The notes beneath the pieces are model-generated. The model made no database searches. It was not told where the DNA came from and saw nothing but the letters and a program-made list of their open reading frames with translations. Source: Sphaerodactylus townsendi (Eukaryota). From it: a DNA stretch of 64,000 nt. Below, one piece after another: positions 24,461 to 38,002 of the stretch (positions are counted from its first letter, which is position 1; each line of letters starts with the position of its first letter). Location of the stretch: the NCBI RefSeq assembly GCF_021028975.2, contig NC_059430.1, forward strand, positions 101,308,001 to 101,372,000, read 5' to 3'. Made by a program: the position numbers and the translations under genes.

Positions 24461-25732
24461 AACCCAAGCTTCGTTTTAGCACCAAGCACTGAAACTTACC
24501 CAAGATGAGACAACTCGAGACATGACCAAAGGCATAAGTATTTTGCAACCCAAATCTTGAACTGGGGTACCCCACCTGAGAGTACCCGGTGCAACTCTCT
24601 TAGACGGTTGTGATTTGAATAACTTCAATCTTTATTTTAAGGAGGGGAAGCATATCAGCTCCCTGAACTTCTGTGTCTGCGTTAAATAGTTAGGAACCAT
24701 ACCAGAGCAGCCCTTTTCAAAAGTCAGTTGATTTCTTGGCATTCAAGTTTCGTTTCATCCCTACAGGAAAGGTTCACTGTGACACCAGGCTATGGCTGGG
24801 AATATCCCACACACCATCTAGAGCTGAAACTAGGCAGCTTCCTGGGAAACCCCATCTATCTATCCCACCTGGAACTCCAGGACTGAAGGAAGGTATGCTG
24901 TAAATGGGATTGAGAAATAGTCTTGCCCCTGCTTTGCTTGACATAAAAACGCTGATGAAATCTCTCTTTCCTACAGTGAAATGCTTAATTACAGCTAGAA
25001 GGAAGGGGGTGTATATTGAACACCAGAGGTCCCCAGTCTTTTAATAACAGGTTTTTCTGAGCATCAAAAAAAATTCCCAAACTACCTTCCAAACCATATT
25101 AGCAAATTTTGTTCTAACCTAGGAATAGAAGAGCATAGACTACGAAGTGTGTCACAAATGAAGTTATCAGCTAAGCAGTGCAAGAAAAATCTGATGAAAT
25201 TAGTTTTGAAAAAAGCCTAAAACAGGTATTTTCTTTTAGGGAAGTGTTAGCAAGCTTCTATTTGGAGGACCATGTTGTACAGCAACCACCTGGGAATTCC
25301 TGGCAGCCAAGCCCAACCTGGTTAGGGTGCCAGGGCTTCTGACTAGTACTCTTCTTGAGATTGTACATCACTCATCCTGAAACTCTGTTAGCAGCAGGGT
25401 GAGGCCTGTTTAGCAGCAGGGTGAGCAGCATCAAGATAAACTCTCTCTGTGTGTTAAGGGAATCAATCAATCTGAAGCCAATGTATACCATAAATTAGTT
25501 CTGCACTCAAAAGAAGCCACTGGATTTATGTATCAGAAAACTACTAGCTAGCTGTTTCGGGAACTGGATAGTCTCAACATCCTCTTTCAGCCATGGGCCT
25601 TGCCTACTGGAACTCTCAGTCATTTGAGATCAGGGCCCTGCAGGACGTGGTACAGTTCCACAAGACCTGCAAGGCAGAGATATCCCACCAGTTAGTCTTG
25701 CCATCTTGCCTGGCCTCCCCTTGTTCCTCAGC

Positions 25733-25868
25733 TTATGCATGTCAAACTCGCAGCCCTCCAGATGTTATGGACTACAGTCCCCATCATCCCCTGCCAGCAT
25801 CATGCTGGCAGGGGATGATGAGAACTGTAGTCCATAACATCTGGAGGGCCGCGAGTTTGACACCTGTG
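25733..25868. mobile_element. Palindromic hAT MITE (diverged subfamily)
   Basis: tgtcaaactcgcagccctccagatgttatggactacag...ctgtagtccataacatctggagggccgcgagtttgaca. Confidence 0.8.
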
Positions 25869-28551
25869 ATTTAAACTGTTATCCCCCAATTGAGTCTGAA
25901 ACTGAGAAAGGAAAGGCAGCAAACTTTTATGTATTTTGTAAAATGTTAAATTATTTTATTGATTTTAAATTAAATTCTTCTATTGCATAATGTATTGATT
26001 ACTGATTGTTGGCATTTGTTGGACGAGATGAGTTATACTATTTGTAAGTTTTCTAAACCCAGCCTAGGCTGGGGTAGGGCGGGATAAGAAACTAAAAAAG
26101 TAAATAAAGTGTGACTGGAATGGAAGCCTGTTGTGTGCAGAGAAGATTAAGTGTGGTACAGTGATGAGAAGGCAAAGGAATCAAAATTCAAATCTCTGCT
26201 AGGCCATGAAGCTTGCTGCAGGACACTGGATTGGCCACTCTTTTTCAACATAACTTACCTCACCATTTGTTGTGAAGCTAATATGAAGACAAACCATATC
26301 TGCAACTCGGACTGCCTGCAAGGAGGTGGTATAAAAAAAAGTACTAGAAATAAATGTACAATATTAGTTTAATTTATATTGTAGTATAAACAGTAAGGTA
26401 TCACCCTGTTTCAGCATATACTTAAGCAGTTCAGGGTGGAAAAATACCAGTTGTGTACCTGAACTGGGTCCCAACAACCTGGTTCTGAAGCTGAAGAATT
26501 CTGCCATTCTCTTAAGTCGCATGCCACCACTTCCAGATTCTCAAAATTTTAAAAAGTTTATCTCAGCTGTATACACACCATACTTTTTCAAAGCCCAATT
26601 AAGTCAGCCAATTCAAGATTCACCCATTTCTTTGAAAGAGCACACAGGAAAGCAATACAAATAGTGCAAGCCCTGTCCAAATGTTTATACTAATTGGGAT
26701 GGAGTCTAGGAATAGCAAACTCCATGAGATTCAAGATCAACCATGCTGTTCAAAGTGGAAGGAAGAAAGAAAGCTTCAAACGTGCCATCGAGTTTATGTT
26801 GGTTTCTATTGGATACAAAATATATGTACAACAGATCAGGATATAGCCTATTTGTGCAACACCTGTTAAAATGATGTGAAGGTTCCCATGAAAGAGCAAG
26901 AGCAGGGATATATCTGAACAGCGGTGGCCAATTCCGGCCCAATAGTCAGCCAAGATGTGAGTTGTGGTCCCCCTTTACATCCACATCATTAGCTTTCTAC
27001 CATCCCCACCAAACGCCAGAAGCCACGGTGATGGAATCACCATTTCCAATGAGGGGCCCAAGAAAATATAAGCAAACCCCAGAAAAGTGGAGGAAGTTGA
27101 TCTGCTCGTTTGAACAGGAGGCTGTGCCAAAGAAATGCTGAAATCCGGTGGAAGGTGAAGTACAGGGAAGTCACTGGGTGACGGGCACAAGCGTGCCTTT
27201 CCGCTGACTGCTCTTACACGCTGGCTCCCAAAAGCTCATAATGCAACACATATCTGGTCTGCAAACAGCTTTGCAAGAATGGAATGCTAAGTCTTTAAAA
27301 AAGGGTCTAGAAAGGGAGGGAAGTTAACTTTCCAAAAAATATGTGGCAAGGGCGAACACACAAAAGATGAAATCTGCAACTGGTTGGAAAATCAGGAAGT
27401 GGAACAAAATGTATGACCGTAAACTGGGCCTCAAACAGAAATAAGCTGAAAAACCAACAGAGGAATTGTTAAAGGCTAAGCGGGACATCTTTTTGTCTCC
27501 TCCACAAGATTCAGCAGAAAGGATGGCCTGTAAAACTGCAGTTAAGGTAAAGAATTCGAGTCATTCCTGACAAGCTCCAGACAGCTGCAGATATGTAGTT
27601 CTGTGTTTGTTACCCAACAGTGTTTGAAAGGGAAGTCAAATTGTGTCACCCTGTCACTGAATACCAAGGCCCACGGAGAGGAAGATGCTGGGGTAAGGTA
27701 CCCCCCTCCTGCCCCAGGGATATGCTCCGCACAAACAGGTGCGTGGACATTCGTTTTGTGCAAAACACTTAAGGAAGTAAAAACCTTTGGATTAAACCTT
27801 TAATACATACGCTTGTGCGTGTGTGCATATAAGCATAGAGGCAACGGTGAAGTTATAAGGCTATTGAGACACAGATTCTGGGAATAGCAAAGTCCTGGAA
27901 GGGATTGCCTCCTCTCCTTCAAACTGACAGGGCTTCATGGTCTTAGTCTCTCAGTTCCCCATGAAACAAAACCACACTGACTTAATTCTCTTTTTAAAAA
28001 AGTAAATCTCAAAATTAAACAACTCATAACATACCAAACTCCTGAGTCTCCTGTACTGGGGTTAAACTTTGGGGCTATATTTTTCCCCCTTGAAACTTTT
28101 ACGAAGGGGGGGAAATCCCCCAAGCCCCTCTGATATCCACTTTTGCTTTTCATTTGCATTCACAGCACAGCACCCATTAAGCTTTAGGGGTCAAACAGGC
28201 ACTGCAAATGTGAAACGGGTGAGAGGTTTGCCCCGGATCACCTGTCACAAGGTCTTTTGGTGACGCTGCCTTAAATATAGAGAGTCACCTGACACATACC
28301 AAAGTGGACTGATCCTAGTTTCATTCTGTCTTTCTCTAAAAAGTGGGGGTTACCCTGTGAACTTTGTGTCATATACAGATCTTTTAAAAAAGCAACCCCC
28401 TCAAAAAAGCTTTCAATATTGTAAAAAAAACTGTTAACTGGAGAATCTCAAAGGCCCAGGAGGGCTGAGCTCTCACCCCCAGCCCTGGCTTCAGGAAAGG
28501 TGACTAGATGAGTCTCTTGAAGTTTGCCAGTCAGCCTCCCTTCTTCCACCT

Positions 28552-28896
28552 TCACTCAACAGAATTTGCAGCTGCCTCTGCCTCCTCCTGGGCTTGTGCT
28601 GCTATGCTCAGTTCACCAAGGGTCTCAGCAGGTGGTCCTGCGCAGCAGCCCTCCTGTGCTGGAGGAAAGCATTCCCCCGCCACACTATCCTGGGGTGCCA
28701 GTTCATCTGAGCTGCCTGGCAATTGGTCCTTTGGTAGTTCCAGGGTGCTCATGCCAGCGGCTGGAGAAGAGAGGGCACACAGGTCCTGGACCTTCTTGTT
28801 CAGGTCATTGCGCTCCGTCTGCAGGGCTCGGCACAACTTCTCAAGGCGCTGGATTTTCACCTGGAGCCCTTCCAGCTCTTTGTCCCGGAGTGTTTT
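28552..28896 (-). CDS. TXLNA: TXLNA last coding exon
   Basis: KTLRDKELEGLQVKIQRLEKLCRALQTERNDL...NSVE*. Confidence 0.93.
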   Translation of the reverse strand, partial: KTLRDKELEGLQVKIQRLEKLCRALQTERNDLNKKVQDLCALSSPAAGMSTLELPKDQLPGSSDELAPQDSVAGECFPPAQEGCCAGPPAETLGELSIAAQAQEEAEAAANSVE

Positions 28897-29203
28897 CTGC
28901 AAGGAAAGAAGAGGAAGAGCATCCAGGTCAACTCCAGCCTGCTTTCCAAACTAGTGGAGACCCTTCCCTCACCAAACCCACCCCCAACAACTCCTCTGAG
29001 AAGTTGCTCAAAGAAAGCCAGCCACTCACTTTCAGTGGAAGTGTTAATAAATGAACAGAGGACACTGCCACCAGTCAGCACTGGGTAACAGACAGACTGG
29101 GGGCCACTGCTACTATAATCAATGCCTCTGCCTTCACACCCACTGGCCTCGTCCTAAATGCCTGGGCCTAACATCCTTAGGCCCTGATCTGGAAGACCTA
29201 GGC

Positions 29204-29297
29204 CAGGGGTGGCCAACCTATGGCACTCCAGATGTTCATGGACTACAATTCCCATCAGCCCCTGCTAGCATGGAGTGCCATAGGTTGGCCACCCCTG
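29204..29297. mobile_element. Palindromic hAT MITE, right arm internally deleted
   Basis: CAGGGGTGGCCAACCTATGGCACTCCA TIRs; cctaggc in both flanks. Confidence 0.8.
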
Positions 29298-30431
29298 AGT
29301 CCTAGGCTAATCCGATGTTGTCAGATCTTGGAAATTAAGCAGGATCAGCCCTGGTTGGTGCTTGCATGGGAGACCACCAAGACATTCCAGGAAGGCAATG
29401 GCAACCATCTTTTCTTGCCATGAAAACCTTACAGGGTCACCCTGCCAGCTTCAACTTGACGACACTTGCCATCATCAACATCCTCAAGCTTCATTTGAGC
29501 CCAGCAGAACTTTAGAGCCCAGCAAAATTTTCAAGGCATAAGCTTCTGAGAGTCAAAGTTCCCTTTGTGAGAAAACCCAAAAATCCTGTTGGTCTCTAAG
29601 GTGATGCTGGTCTCATGTCTAGTTCTTCTACTGCAGAACAACGGGGCACTCTCCTGAAACTATCCTTAAGCTAGTTTAACAAAACTTTAAGAGGAGAAAG
29701 GGGAAAACATGAGGGCAGTGATATTAATTCTCCTGTCCCAGGAGCTGGCCTATTTGTTTGTGTACTTTGGTCCCCATCTGAGTTTGCTGACTTACTCTGT
29801 GTGTGATTATTGGGAGGGAGGAGGAGAGAACAAGGTAAATCATTGTCAGTAAGTCACTCTATAGTCACCATAAAAGCTGGAAGTGACTTGACAGAACGTA
29901 ACACACATGCTCCAGTGACCAGTAAACACCTGGGAGTCAGTCTCCAGGTGCTGCCTTAGCAGCAACAAAACCCAGATTGTGCATAAAGCAAAGCCTAATT
30001 GAGTGCATGCCCTGTCTTGGATGGCCCAGGCTAGACCAATCAGATTTCAGAAGCTTAATAGGTTGGGTCCTGGATAGAATTTGAATGGGAGAACACCAAA
30101 GAATATCAGGGTCGCTATGCAGACAAAGACAATGGCAAACCACCTCTATTAGTATTTTGCCTTGAAAACCCTACTGGGTTGTCATAAGTCAGCTGTGACT
30201 TGATGGCACGTTACATACCAACAATTCCGTGCACAGAACAGTCCAACAGCAGGGATAATGGATAAACTTCTACAGAACCACATAGCATGAGAAATATACA
30301 GGTGTTTCACTCTCTTGTTGTGAATCATTCCACCTCCCCAACTGAAAGCATGCGGTGTTCAAAGGCAGAACTGGTGTTCACGGGGCAAAGGATGTGGCCA
30401 ATAAGTCCCCCCTTCTAAGTTTTGTCCCTAC

Positions 30432-30527
30432 CTCTTCTGCCATTTCCAGAAGAGCCTTGTTGCTGCTTTCCCAGCGAGACCTGTACATTGTGGTCTCTTT
30501 CTCCAGCTTCTTGATCTTCTTTGTCAT
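30432..30527 (-). CDS. TXLNA: TXLNA coding exon 9
   Basis: MTKKIKKLEKETTMYRSRWESSNKALLEMAEE; AG/GT flanks. Confidence 0.95.
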
Positions 30528-30803
30528 CTGCAGAATTGAAAACCGGGAAAAGACGAGACAGGAAAGAAACAGAATTAATGTAAGTCAATTCCAATTCAGA
30601 TTTGCTTGACCTCAAAGGACAACAATGTGGCCCTGAGCATTTCTCCCACTTTCCCAGGCCATGGCAACTCCCCACATTCTCATCAGAAAATATGACAGTC
30701 AAGTCTGGGAAACACAGACACCACAAGCAGCCGTTGGCCTGGCACAGGGGATGCCTAAGGCAGCAGACTGGGAAGTGGATGAACGGGCACACCTCACAAA
30801 TCA

Positions 30804-31100
<297 letters not shown>

Positions 31101-31383
31101 TTAAGGTACAATTTAACCATAGCAAAGTTCTCTACCATTCTTCCTGAGGGAAGAGATGGATATGTCTAGCACCTGGTTAAAAATTAAGCTACCTAGTCAG
31201 AAAAGCAGTTAATAGTGATCAAACCCAATTTGTTTAGAAAAAGGAGGCTACAGTCCCTTAACCTACCACCATTGTCTAATTCTGTCTGCAGACTGGCACA
31301 GACATTACTGCTCTCCCTTTCAAGCAGAAAACAGATCTGTCCTCTTTTCGGTCAGAGAAAAAGACAACCAAACATACACATAC

Positions 31384-31458
31384 CTGCTGCTTAAGATGGG
31401 TCTCCTGTTGCTTCATCAACTCACACATTCTCTGGGACTCCACAGCCTCTTTTAACAG
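31384..31458 (-). CDS. TXLNA: TXLNA coding exon 7
   Basis: LLKEAVESQRMCELMKQQETHLKQQ; AG/GT flanks. Confidence 0.95.
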
Positions 31459-31923
31459 CTGCAAGAAAAGGAACAGCAGTGAAAAGTAGCAGCAAGAGGC
31501 ATTCACTTGGTGCAGTAGTATGGTATCTTCTCTCCATCATACCATTCACAGAATTATTTAATGGGGGGCCTCCTGACCCAACTGCACCTGCTGGGAAGCA
31601 CTACTGCCTGTGGTTGTAGAGCAGTGTAGGCTCAACTGAGAACTGAATGCTTGGGGAACAGAAGCATGTTCGTAGACTGTGTGCTCCTTTCCCCTAGATA
31701 TGCTGTTACGAGGGTCCAGGGAGACCTAATCCAGTCAAATCTCTTGTACTCCTGCCTGTTTGAGCCAAGCACACAGATCCAGGTGAAGTGAGACTTGGTC
31801 CGGGATGACTGGGGAAAACCTGTGTGAACAGGAAGGCCCTTCTCCCTGGAGTTGGTGTTCTGTGGGTTTATGTTATTATTTAATTATTTTATATATACTT
31901 TATTTTAAACATTGTTTTAATGT

Positions 31924-32216
31924 ATTGTCAAAGGCTTTCACGGCCGGAATCACTGGGGTGCTGTGTGGTTTCTGGGCTGTATTGCCATGTTCTAGCAGCA
32001 TTCTCTCCTGACGTTTCGTCTGCATCTGTGGCTGGCATCTTCAGAGGATCCTCTGAAGATGCCAGCTGTATGGCCGTGTTCCAGTAGCATTTTCTCCTGA
32101 CGTTTTGCCTGCATCTGTGGCTAGCATCTTCAGATCCTCTGAAGATGCAGGTGAAACGTCAGGAGAGAATGCTGCTAGAACATGGCCATACAGCCCGGAA
32201 ACCACACAGCACCCCA
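31924..32216. mobile_element. Penelope-like terminal-repeat cluster (inverted and tandem) with hammerhead motifs
   Basis: Three to four copies of cctctgaagatgccagccacagatgcaggcgaaacgtcaggag in both orientations. Confidence 0.7.
32007..32047 (-). ncRNA. Minimal type-I hammerhead ribozyme motif (best-preserved copy)
   Basis: CCU-CUGAAGA-U-GCC-agccacagaugca-GAC-GAAA-CG-UC-AGG. Confidence 0.55.
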
Positions 32217-32846
32217 TTGTTTTAATGTTGGATTATTTTAATGTTTGGCAGCCTGGGGACCACATTGGGGTGAAAAGGCAACACAAAAATGTTTTAAAAC
32301 GAATAAACCTCCTCCCACCTTCATGGGTTTGATCCAGGCTCAGGGGCTGCGTCTGATGTCTTCCCACCTCTGTGAGGTTAGCCTGAGTCCTGGAAGCCTG
32401 ATTGGCTGAGATGCGAGGGGTTGCTCCCCATGGACTCATGGCATATTAGAGGCTCAGAGGTTGCAAGTGTGAGGAGGAAATCAGGGGGCAGAATAGGCCC
32501 ATTGGGAGCTTTGTCTGATTTACGGGAGATGGGGCTCTGACAGGGCCACTAAGAGATGTTCCTGCCACAACCCCATGGGCTTTTGCCCTTACATAGCTCC
32601 ACAAGGCTGGGCACTACAGAGTTTTGGGAACTGCTTGATAGTTAACTAAAATACAGAAAAGCTATAAAAAATGTGAGAGCATTTTTGATCATTCTGTGCT
32701 GTCCTTTACATCCTGCTGAGAACTAACAGTGTGGGGGGGGGGCGGGGGCAGGCGCGGGGTGGTGGTACAGATGTAAAAATGTCCTGATTCTGCAGGAGTG
32801 GGCAGGGCATATACTGGGGATCAGTCTCCCACAACAAAAATGGAAG

Positions 32847-33062
32847 ACTGGAGTGCTGTGGGGTTTCCGGGCTGTATGGCCATGTTCCAGTAGCATTTTC
32901 TCCTGACGTTCTGCCTGCAACTGTGGCTGGCATCTTCAGAGGATCTGAAGATGCCAGCCACAGATGCAGGTGAAACATCAGGAGAAAATGCTACTGGAAC
33001 ACGGCCATACAGCCCGGAAACCTCACAACACTCCAGTGATTACGGCCGTGAAAGCCTTTGAG
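32847..33062. mobile_element. Penelope-like palindrome with two head-to-head hammerhead motifs
   Basis: ~95-bp inverted arms centred on cagaggatctg at 32937-32947. Confidence 0.7.
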
Positions 33063-33365
33063 AAAAACAGAAGCCCTCCGCAAGATCTTCTGCACAACCC
33101 TCCCTGTGGAGCAGGGTGGAAATCTACCCTTCAACAAGGATACTCTCCTCCACCAACGGGAGACACCTGCAGTCCAAAACTTTCATGCAGAAAGATGCAG
33201 TGGTTACTTCGTGCCTAAGAATCCTAAAGCTCTTGCAGCTTCTCCAACTAGGAACCCACCACACCCTGCAAGACCTGTCCTCTCCTCTCCCTGACTATTA
33301 TGTCTCGCTCCCTCCCAGGGGTTTCCTAACCTGTAATGAAAATGTCAGGTGTTTTCAATTATCTA

Positions 33366-33611
<246 letters not shown>

Positions 33612-33956
33612 TCAGTCGCTGTCGGAGCATAAGCATGAAAGCATTACTTCACCAGTAACACTTCAAGCCCTGATCTGGATGATGCAGGCTAGCTCACTCT
33701 CATCAGATTGTAGAAGTTAAGCAGGGTTGGCCCTTGTTAGTCCTTGGATGGGAGACCGCCAAGAAAAACCAGGCAATGGCAACCTCCTCTGTTTATCTTT
33801 ATCAGGTTGCTGTAAGTCAGCTGAGATTTGATGGTGCTTACGTACATACAGTAATATTGCAAGGGAAGGGCCCTCCCAAGGGAATGTAGCATTTTTTAAG
33901 GGAGGTGAGTTACCAGATATATACTGATTTGTAATTACTAGAAGATTGTCCAATCA

Positions 33957-34256
<300 letters not shown>

Positions 34257-34276
34257 CTAGTGAGGGGAGGTAATAT

Positions 34277-34445
34277 AAAGGTAATCCCTTGTGCAAGAAC
34301 CGGGTCACTGCTGACCCATGGGGTGACATCACATCATGACAGTTACAGACTTTTGTAATGGAGTGTTTTGTCATTGCCTCCCCCAATCATCTACACTTTC
34401 CCCCCAGCAAGCTGGGTACCAATTTTACCAACCTGGGAAGGATGG
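34277..34445 (-). mobile_element. Sauria SINE 3' part (continues at 35349-35430; head near 35711-35745)
   Basis: ACCTTT tail, cccccagcaagctgggtac..acctgggaaggatgg | aaggttgagtcaactttgagc. Confidence 0.7.
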
Positions 34446-35348
34446 TGAAGAGAAGGTGAAGAGGTGACATGATAGCCATGTTTAGATATTTGTAAGGATG
34501 CCATTTTGGTGAGGGAGCAAGCTTGTTTTCTGCAGCTCCAGAGACTAGGACCAGAAGTAATGGGTTCAAAGTGAAGGAAAATAGATTCCACCTAAACATC
34601 AGGGAAAACTTCGGATGATTCCGCATGGGCCAAAAACAACAGTGTGAAAACGGTGTGAAAATGGTGTAAAAGGGTTTAAAACAGTATAAAAGGGTTTATA
34701 CTGTTTTCACACTGCTGTTTTTGGCCTGTGCGGAATCAGCCTTCCTGACAGTAAGGGCTGTTCTACAGTGGAATGCACTACCTCGGAGTGTGGTTGAGTC
34801 TCCTTCTTTGGAAGTTTTTAAAGAGAGGCTGGATGGCCATCTGTCAGGAGTGCTTTGATTGTGTGTTCCTGCATTGCAGGGGGTTGGACTTGATGGCCCT
34901 TGGGATCTCTTCCAATTCTATGATTCTACTCAACAGAGACAGCTCATAACTTTCCCCAGCTCATAACTAATTTATTACTAAATCTGCAATACTATGAGCC
35001 TCATTTTAGCACGAGAACTTATTTTTCAATGGTGCTTTTCAGTTGTGCAATATATGAAATAACTGAGCATGAACAAAGTTTGTTTTCTTTAATGCATATC
35101 ATTGGTCTAAGAATTAAAATATCGTTGCCATCAGCCTTGAGCCTCAACAACTCCCCTTTTCTGAGAGAATTTACTAATACGGCTTTATTAATACCTTTCC
35201 ATACTATTCAGAAATGTAACCTTCTTTGGAGGTTTTTAAAGAGAGGCTGGATGGCCATCTGTCAGGAGTGCTTTGATTGTGTGTACCTGCACTGCAGGGG
35301 ATTGAACTTGATGGCCCTTGGGGTCTCCTCCAGCTCTATGGTTCTATG
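34446..35348 (+). mobile_element. Composite CR1 insertion: CR1 3' end, 290-bp extra segment, second CR1 3' tail
   Basis: Splits a Sauria SINE; ends in ctctatggttctatg. Confidence 0.8.
34613..34741. mobile_element. Harbinger-type MITE nested in CR1
   Basis: GGATGATTCCGCA.../...TGCGGAATCAGCC TIRs, 3-bp TSD TTC; the empty site (aaaacttcctgacag) is visible in the CR1 near 3950. Confidence 0.85.
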
Positions 35349-36203
35349 AAGGTTGAGTCAACTTTGAGCTGGCTACCTGAAACCAACTTCCATTAGGACT
35401 GAACTCAGTTTGTGAGCAGAACTGCCTCCAAGTTCCATATGGTATCTGGAAGCAGCATGGAATTTTTTTGGCTCAGGTTTAATAGACCTGGAAATGTTCC
35501 AGAAAAGCAAACAAAACACAAAACTCCAAACCCATACTGGTAAGGGGAGTGAGTTTTTTTCAGATTTGTTTGAAAATTTTCAGGTCTATTAAACCCAAAT
35601 CCAAAAAGAAAAAAAAAGGGGGGGGGGAAATAATTGGTGAACACCCCTAATGACTTCCACTAGTTCCGGTGGCTTTAAAAGAAAGATTAAAGGTCTGGGA
35701 GATGGAACTTTACTGCAGCTTACCACTCTATGCTATGGGGCTCCTCTAGTGAGAGGAGGGGGGGGGGGGAAGAAAGTCAGTCTCAGGATCCAAGGGCGGG
35801 AGAGTGGCCCTAATGAAATCACAAAAGAGGACATGCAGCAAGTCTGGGGTCAATCTGTAGTAGTTCCAAGTTCAAAGATTTCTCAAGCAGCAGGACTACA
35901 ACTGGTCCCTGCCTGAGAGAATCACAGCTAGGCAGAATAGGCATTATGTCACTGTGGCAGTCAAACCAGGACGGGAAGACCAGAATTCAAATACCACTCT
36001 ACCATAAAGCCCCTTGGGTGTCCTTGGGCCAGTTCCTCTCTTAGCCTAATCTATGGCAAAAGGAGAAAAAAACAGAAGCAGAGAGAGCCTTGCATGCTAC
36101 TTAAGAGTTTCTTGGAGCAAAGTCAAGAGAAAAATGCAGGCTGACCAGCCCAACCAAAGGACGACATGGACCTGCGGGTCAGCTCACTGTAGAGCAGTTA
36201 GCT

Positions 36204-36342
36204 CAGGGGTATGCAACCTGTGGCTCTCCAGATGTTCATGGACTACAATTCCTATCAGCCTCTCCACCATGGCCATGGTGGCGGGGGCTGATGGGAATTG
36301 TAGTCCATGAACATATGGAGAGTCGCAGGTTGCAGACCCCTG
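36204..36342. mobile_element. Palindromic hAT MITE
   Basis: CAGGGGT termini; TSD agttagct/agctagat. Confidence 0.85.
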
Positions 36343-36658
36343 AGCTAGATGCAGGTCCAGATAGAACTGCATTTGCCCAAATGAAATTGGCATGCTTGAT
36401 CTGCTCCTTGCCTTATTGTCTTGGTCTTCCATTACAATCTCTTGAAATCAACTGGGAGGGCTTGAAACCAGAATGCTACCCTTGGCCAGTGCAGCTTAGC
36501 CTGGCAGGTGCCCTTGTAATTATCTTGTGTTGTCTTTTTGGAACCGAGGGCTGAGGCAGCAACACAAGCAGTACGGAATCCCCCCAGTCTCAATCTTTCA
36601 ATCTAAAAAGTCATCTAAGACAAGAATGCTGTATGTGAATAAAGCACTGAACATGTCA

Positions 36659-37114
<456 letters not shown>

Positions 37115-37854
37115 TCAACACCTGTATACCAGTCTCTGATTATCAACTACCCGACATGGCTAAAATGGCCTCACACCACTGACTTGGCATCACCACACTC
37201 CCTCTACCACGCTTGCCCACTGTACAGTTCAGATGGTCCCTGTGAGGGTTGCATTCTGTATGGAACTCGACTTTCACATGATCGCCTGTAATCTGGGAAG
37301 CTGATTCCACTCTGTGCCAGGCTGTAGGGAAAATCAGCTTGTGCGTTATTTGCGGGCAAAGGCCAGCCTGACAAGTGGCTTGTCTGCTTCCAAACTGCAG
37401 TTATTGAGGAGGCTGTTCTCCAAGTAAAAACAGGATAAAAACTGGAGGGGGCCCCCTGCCCTTTAGAGGACACATAGTTTGGCTGTGTGTCCTGCTTCAA
37501 GAGTCCAGTGGAAGGATCCACTTTCTCCAGATGCTCTCCTTCATCAAAGGAGATTGTTGGGCAGATCATCCTCACCTTCACACAGGGCAGTATCAAGCCT
37601 GAAACTCATGACCCTCCTACTACAGCCTAAAGCTGCAACGTCACTGTAAAACAAGGACTACAACTTAACTCTGCGGAGCACAATCATTCCACAGAAAGGC
37701 ATTTTAAATGGCTTAGCAGAAGTCTAAGAGCACAGCCAGACACCTGCTCCCTAGGAAGTGAGCTTGGTGATCAATCACACTTCTGGAAGCACAAGAAATA
37801 TCCGAAAGGGAAGCAAATATCTTTGCACCTGGATGTTACTGGCTTTCCATAAGA

Positions 37855-38002
37855 CAGAGGTCTGGAACCTGTGGCTCTCCAGATGTTCATGGACTACAAT
37901 TCCCATCAGCCCCTGCCAGCACGGCCAGTTGGCCATGCTGGCAGGGGCTGATGGGAATTGTAGTCCATGAACATCTGGAGAGCCACAGGTTCCAGACCCC
38001 TG
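37855..38002. mobile_element. Palindromic hAT MITE
   Basis: 148-bp palindrome; TSD ccataaga/ccatagga. Confidence 0.88.

Noticed and set aside
28508-29054. Long plus-strand ORFs (148 and 176 aa)
   Set aside because: Antisense to the GC-rich last TXLNA exon; no recognisable domain.
33667-33790. 5S rRNA-like sequence (also near 30010, 63680 and others)
   Set aside because: Diverged, truncated and fused to a SINE tail; not functional 5S genes.
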